DNA of 64,000 nucleotides from Eledone cirrhosa (taxonomy: Eukaryota), in NCBI GenBank assembly GCA_964016885.1, contig OZ024740.1, positions 14,260,001 through 14,324,000 of the forward strand. Direction: 5' to 3'. Below the pieces are notes generated by a model. It saw only the letters and a program-made list of their open reading frames with translations, searched no databases and had not been told where the DNA came from. Position 1 is the first letter of the stretch; each line of letters opens with the position of its first letter. A program made the translations under genes and the position numbers. This document shows positions 58,501-64,000 of this stretch, piece after piece.

Positions 58501-61500
58501 ACACCCAACAAGCCACACAACATACAACAAACGACACAACATCCTATATTAAACCACACAACACCCAACAAACCACACAACATCGAACAAGCCACACGAC
58601 ATCCTATATTACATCACACAACACCCAACAAACCACACAACATTCTATATTACACCACGCAACATCCTATATTACATCACACAACACGCAACAAATCACA
58701 CTACGTCCAACAAACCACACAACAACCAATATTACACCACACAACAGCCAACACGCCACACAACAGCCAACAAACCACACAACGTCCTATATTAAATCAC
58801 ACAACACCCAAAAAGCTACACAGCCGACAAACCACACAACATCCTATATTACACCAAACAACACCCAACAAACCACACAATACCAACAGACCACACAACA
58901 CGAAACAAACCACACAACATCCTATATTACACTACACAACTCCCAACGAACCACACAACATCCTATATTACACCACACAACACTCAACAAACCGCACAAA
59001 ATACAACAAAATACACAACATCCTATATTAAACCACACAACACCCAACAAGCTACACAACATCCTATATTACACCACACAACATCCTATATTACACCACA
59101 AAAAACCCAACAAACTACACAACATCCTATATTACACCACACAACACACAAGCCAGAAAACATCCCAAAATCCAGACACCATTCTATATTACACCACACA
59201 ACATACAACAAACCACACAACATCTTATATTACACCACACAACACCCCACATCCCGCACAACACCCAACAAACCACGCCACACCCAACAAACCACACAAC
59301 AGCCAACAAGCTACACAACATCCAACAAGCCACACAACATCCTATATTACACCACACAACAGCCAACAAACCACACATCATCCTATATTACACCACGCAA
59401 CACCCAACAAGCCACACAACATACAACAAACGACACAACATCCTATATTAAACCACACTACATACCAAAAGACACACATCATCCTATATTACACCACACA
59501 ACATCCAACAAGCCACACAACATCCAATAAACCACACAGATCCTATATTACACCACACAACACCCAACAAACCACACAACATCCAAGAAGCCACACAACA
59601 TCCTATATTACACTACATAACACACAGCAAGCTACACAACATCCTATATTACACCCACACAACACCCAACAAACCATACAACACCGAACAAACCAGGCCA
59701 CATCCAACGAACCACACAATATCCTATAATACAGCACACAACATCCTATATTACACCATACACAGCTAACAGGCCACACAACGGCCAACAAACAACACAA
59801 CATACTATATTACACCACACATCAACAACAAACTAAATAACATCCAACAAACGACACAATATCCTATATTACACCACACGACAGCCTATATTACACTAAA
59901 TAACATCCAACAAATCACACATCCAACAAACCACACAGCATCCTATATTACACTACACAACAGCCAACACGCCACACAACGGCCAACAAACCACACAACA
60001 TACTATATTACACCACACAACTCCCAACAAACCATACAACATCCAACAAACCACACAAGAACCTATTTTACACTACACAACATGCTATATTACACTACAC
60101 AACACCCAACAAACCACACAACATCCAACAAACCACACAACATCCTGTATTACACCACACAACACACAACAAACCACACAACACCCAGGAAATCACACAT
60201 CACACCAACAAACACACAACATGCAGCAAACCACATAACATCATATATTACACGACACAACACAACAAACCACACAACAGCCAACAAACCACAAAACATC
60301 TTATATTACACCACACAACAGCCAACATGCCACACAACGGCCAACAAACCACACAACATCCTATATTACACCACACAACTCCCAACAAACCATACAGCAT
60401 GCAACAAACCACACAAGAACCTATTTTACACTACACAACATCCTATATTACACTACACAACACCCAACAAACCACACAACATCCTATATTACACCACACA
60501 ACACCCAACACGCCACACAACGGCCAACAAACCACACAACATCCAACAAACCACACAACATCCTATATTACACCACACAACACCCAACAAACCAAACAAC
60601 ACCCAGGAAATCACACATCACACCAACAAACACACAACATGCAACAAACCACACAACATCCTATATTACACGACACAACACAACAAACAACACAACAGCC
60701 AACAAACCACAAAACATCTTATATTACCCCCACACAACACCCAACAAGCCACACATCAGCCAACACGCCACACAACACCCAACAAAGCACACAACAACCA
60801 ACAAACCACACAACATTCTATATTACACCACACCACACCCAACAAACCACACATCACACCCAAATACACACAACATCCAACAAACCACACAACATCCAAC
60901 AAACCACAAAACATCCTATATTACACGACACAACACCCAACAAGCCACACAACATCCAACAAGCCACACAACATCCAATATTACACCACACGACACCCAG
61001 CAAACCACACAACATCCTATATTACACCATACAACATTCAACACGCCACACAACAAACAACAAACCACCCAACAGCCAACACGCCACACAACGTCCAACA
61101 AACCACACAACACCCAACATACCCCACAACAGACAACACATGAAACACCATCCTATATTACACCACACAACACCCAACAAAGCACACATACTCCAACACA
61201 TCACATCCCATCCTATATTACACCACACAACACGCAACAAACACCACAACATCCTATATTACACCACACAACATCCTATATTACACAACACAACATCCTA
61301 CATTACACTACACAACTCCCAACAAACCACACAACATCCTATATTACACCACACAACAACCAACAAACCACACAACACCCAACAAACCACACATCACACC
61401 AACAAAATACACAACATCCAACAAACCACACAACATCCTATATTGCACCACACAACACAACAAACCACACAACAGACAACAAACCACAAAACAGCCTATA

Positions 61501-64000
61501 TTACACCACGCAACACCCAACATACCAAACGACATCCAACAAGGTACACAACATCCTATATTACACCACGCAACATCCAACAAACCAAACAACATCCAAC
61601 AAACGAAACATCATCCTATATTACACCACACAACACCCAACAAACCAAACAACATCCAACAAACGAAACATCATCCTATATTACACCACACAATATACAA
61701 CAAACCACACAACATCCTATATTACACCACACAACACCCCACAAACCGCACAACACCCAACAAACCACGCCACACCCAACAGACCACACAATAGCCAATA
61801 AGCTACACAACATCCAACAAGCCACACGACATCCTATATTACACCACACAACAGCCAACAAGCCACACATCCTCCTATATTACACCACGCAACACCCAAC
61901 AAGCCACACAACATACAACAAACGACACAACATCCTATATTAAACCACACAACACCCAACAAACCACACTACATACCAAAAGACACACATCATCCTATAT
62001 TAGACCACACAACATCCAACAAGACACACAACATACAACAAACGACACAACATCCTATATTAAACCACACAGCACCCAACAAACAACACTACATACCAAA
62101 AGACACACATCATCCTATATTACACCACGCAACACCCAACAAGCCACACAACATACAACAAACGACAGAACATCCTATATTAAACCACACAACACCCAAC
62201 AAACCACACTACATACCAAAAGACACACATCATCCTATATTACACCACACAACATCCAACAAGCCACACAACATACAACAAACGACACAACATCCTATAT
62301 TAAACCACACAGCACCCAACAAACAACACTACATACCAAAAGACACACAACATCCTATATTACACCACGCAACACCCAACAAGCCACACAACATACAACA
62401 AACGACACAACATCCTATATTAAACCACACAACACCCAACAAACCACACTACATACCAAAAGACACACATCATCCTATATTACACCACGCAACACGCAAC
62501 AAGCCACACAACATCCTATATTACACTACACAACTCCCAACAAACCACACAACATCCTATATTACACCACACAACAACCAACAAACCACACAACACACAA
62601 CGAACCAGAAAACATTCCAACCAACCAGACAACATACTATATTACACCACACAACATCCAACAAACCACACAACATCCTATATTACACCACGCAACACGC
62701 AACAAGCCACACAACATACAACAAGCCACAGAAGATCCTATATTGCACCACACAACAGCCAACAAACCACACATCATCCTATATTACACCACGCAACACG
62801 CAACAAGCCACACAACATCCTATATTACACCACGCAACACGCAACAAGCCACACAACATACAATAAACGACAGAACAACCTATATTAAACCACACAACAC
62901 CCAACAAACCACAGAACATACCACAAGACACACATCATCCTATATTACACAACACAAAATCCACCAAGCCACACAACATCCAACAAACCACACAAATCCT
63001 ATATTACACCACACAACAGCCAACACGCCACACAACACCCAACAAACCACAGAACATCCTATATTAAACCACACAACACACAAGAAAACAACACAAAATC
63101 CAACAAACCACACATCATCATATATTTCACCACACAAAACCCAAAAAACCACACAACAGCCAACAAACCACACAACATCCTATATTACACCACACAACAA
63201 AGCACACAACACGCAACAAACCACACAGCATCCTATATTACACCAGACAACACAACAAACCACACAACATCTTATATTACACTACACAACTCCGAACTAA
63301 CCACACACCATCCTATATTACACGACACATCCTATATTACACCACACAACACCCAACAAACCACACAACATCCTATATTACAGCACACAACACACAAGCC
63401 AGAAAACATCCATCAAACCAGACGACATCCTATATTACACCACACAACATCCAACAAACCACACAACATCCTATATTACACCACACAACACCAACAAACA
63501 AAAACATCATACAACAGACGACACAACATCCTATATTGCACCACACAACATCCTACATTACACTACACAACACCCGACAAATTGCACAACATCCAACAAA
63601 CCACAGAAAACCCTATATGACACAACAGCCAACACGCCACACAACATCCAACAAACCACACAACATTTTATATTACACCACACATCACCCAACAAACCAC
63701 ACAACATCCAACAAAGCACACAACATCCAACAAACCACACGACATCCTATATTACACCACACAACACCCAATAAAAAACACACAACACCCAGGAAATCAC
63801 ACATCACATCAACAAACACACAACATCCAACAAACCACACAACATCCTATATTGCACGACACAACAGAACATGCCACACACTAGCCAACAAACCACACAA
63901 CATCCTATATTACACCACACAACACCCAACAAACCACACATCACACCAACAAAATACACAACATCCAACAAACCACACAACATCCTATATTGCACCACAC
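43600..64000. repeat. Compound C/A-rich satellite of 22-bp (CAACATCCTATATTACACCACA) and 19-bp (CAACACCCAACAAACCACA) modules with kb-scale higher-order repeats
   Basis: The two modules alternate irregularly for over 20 kb. Identical or near-identical translated blocks recur at offsets of about 1.2 kb (47639/48850), 1905 bp (51007/52912, 51793/53698) and 3.3 kb (55877/59184). Confidence 0.97.

Noticed and set aside
45175-63998. Long ORFs up to 539 aa in the right-hand satellite
   Set aside because: Stop codons are scarce from low G and T content, and 22/19-bp modules shuffle frames.

Overview
Repeat-dense, AT-rich eukaryotic DNA with no confidently identifiable host gene. It is probably cephalopod (Octopus-like), inferred from the abundant (TA)n tracts, the SINE and the RTE 3' ends. 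A 58-bp satellite occupies 1-9612 and a compound 22/19-bp C/A-rich satellite runs from about 43.6 kb to the end. Between them lie a near full-length but frameshifted Tx1/L1-type LINE, CR1-like, RTE and R4/Dong-type LINE fragments, a DD37D (maT) transposon, an internally deleted long-TIR mariner, nested hAT-type MITEs, SINE fragments and many mini/microsatellites. Nearly all long ORFs in the track are low-complexity artefacts. The strongest hidden signal, invisible in the ORF track, is a dense set of type I hammerhead ribozyme motifs (CUGANGA...GAAA...UH, often with a tiny palindromic stem III) between about 10 and 29 kb. They sit in non-coding tandem or fold-back units resembling Penelope-like pseudo-LTRs or retrozymes. 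The 58-bp satellite monomer appears related to the sequence flanking one of these ribozyme families. The R4/Dong-type LINE appears inserted in (TATG)n rather than (TAA)n repeats. All calls are by eye, with no database search or folding run.
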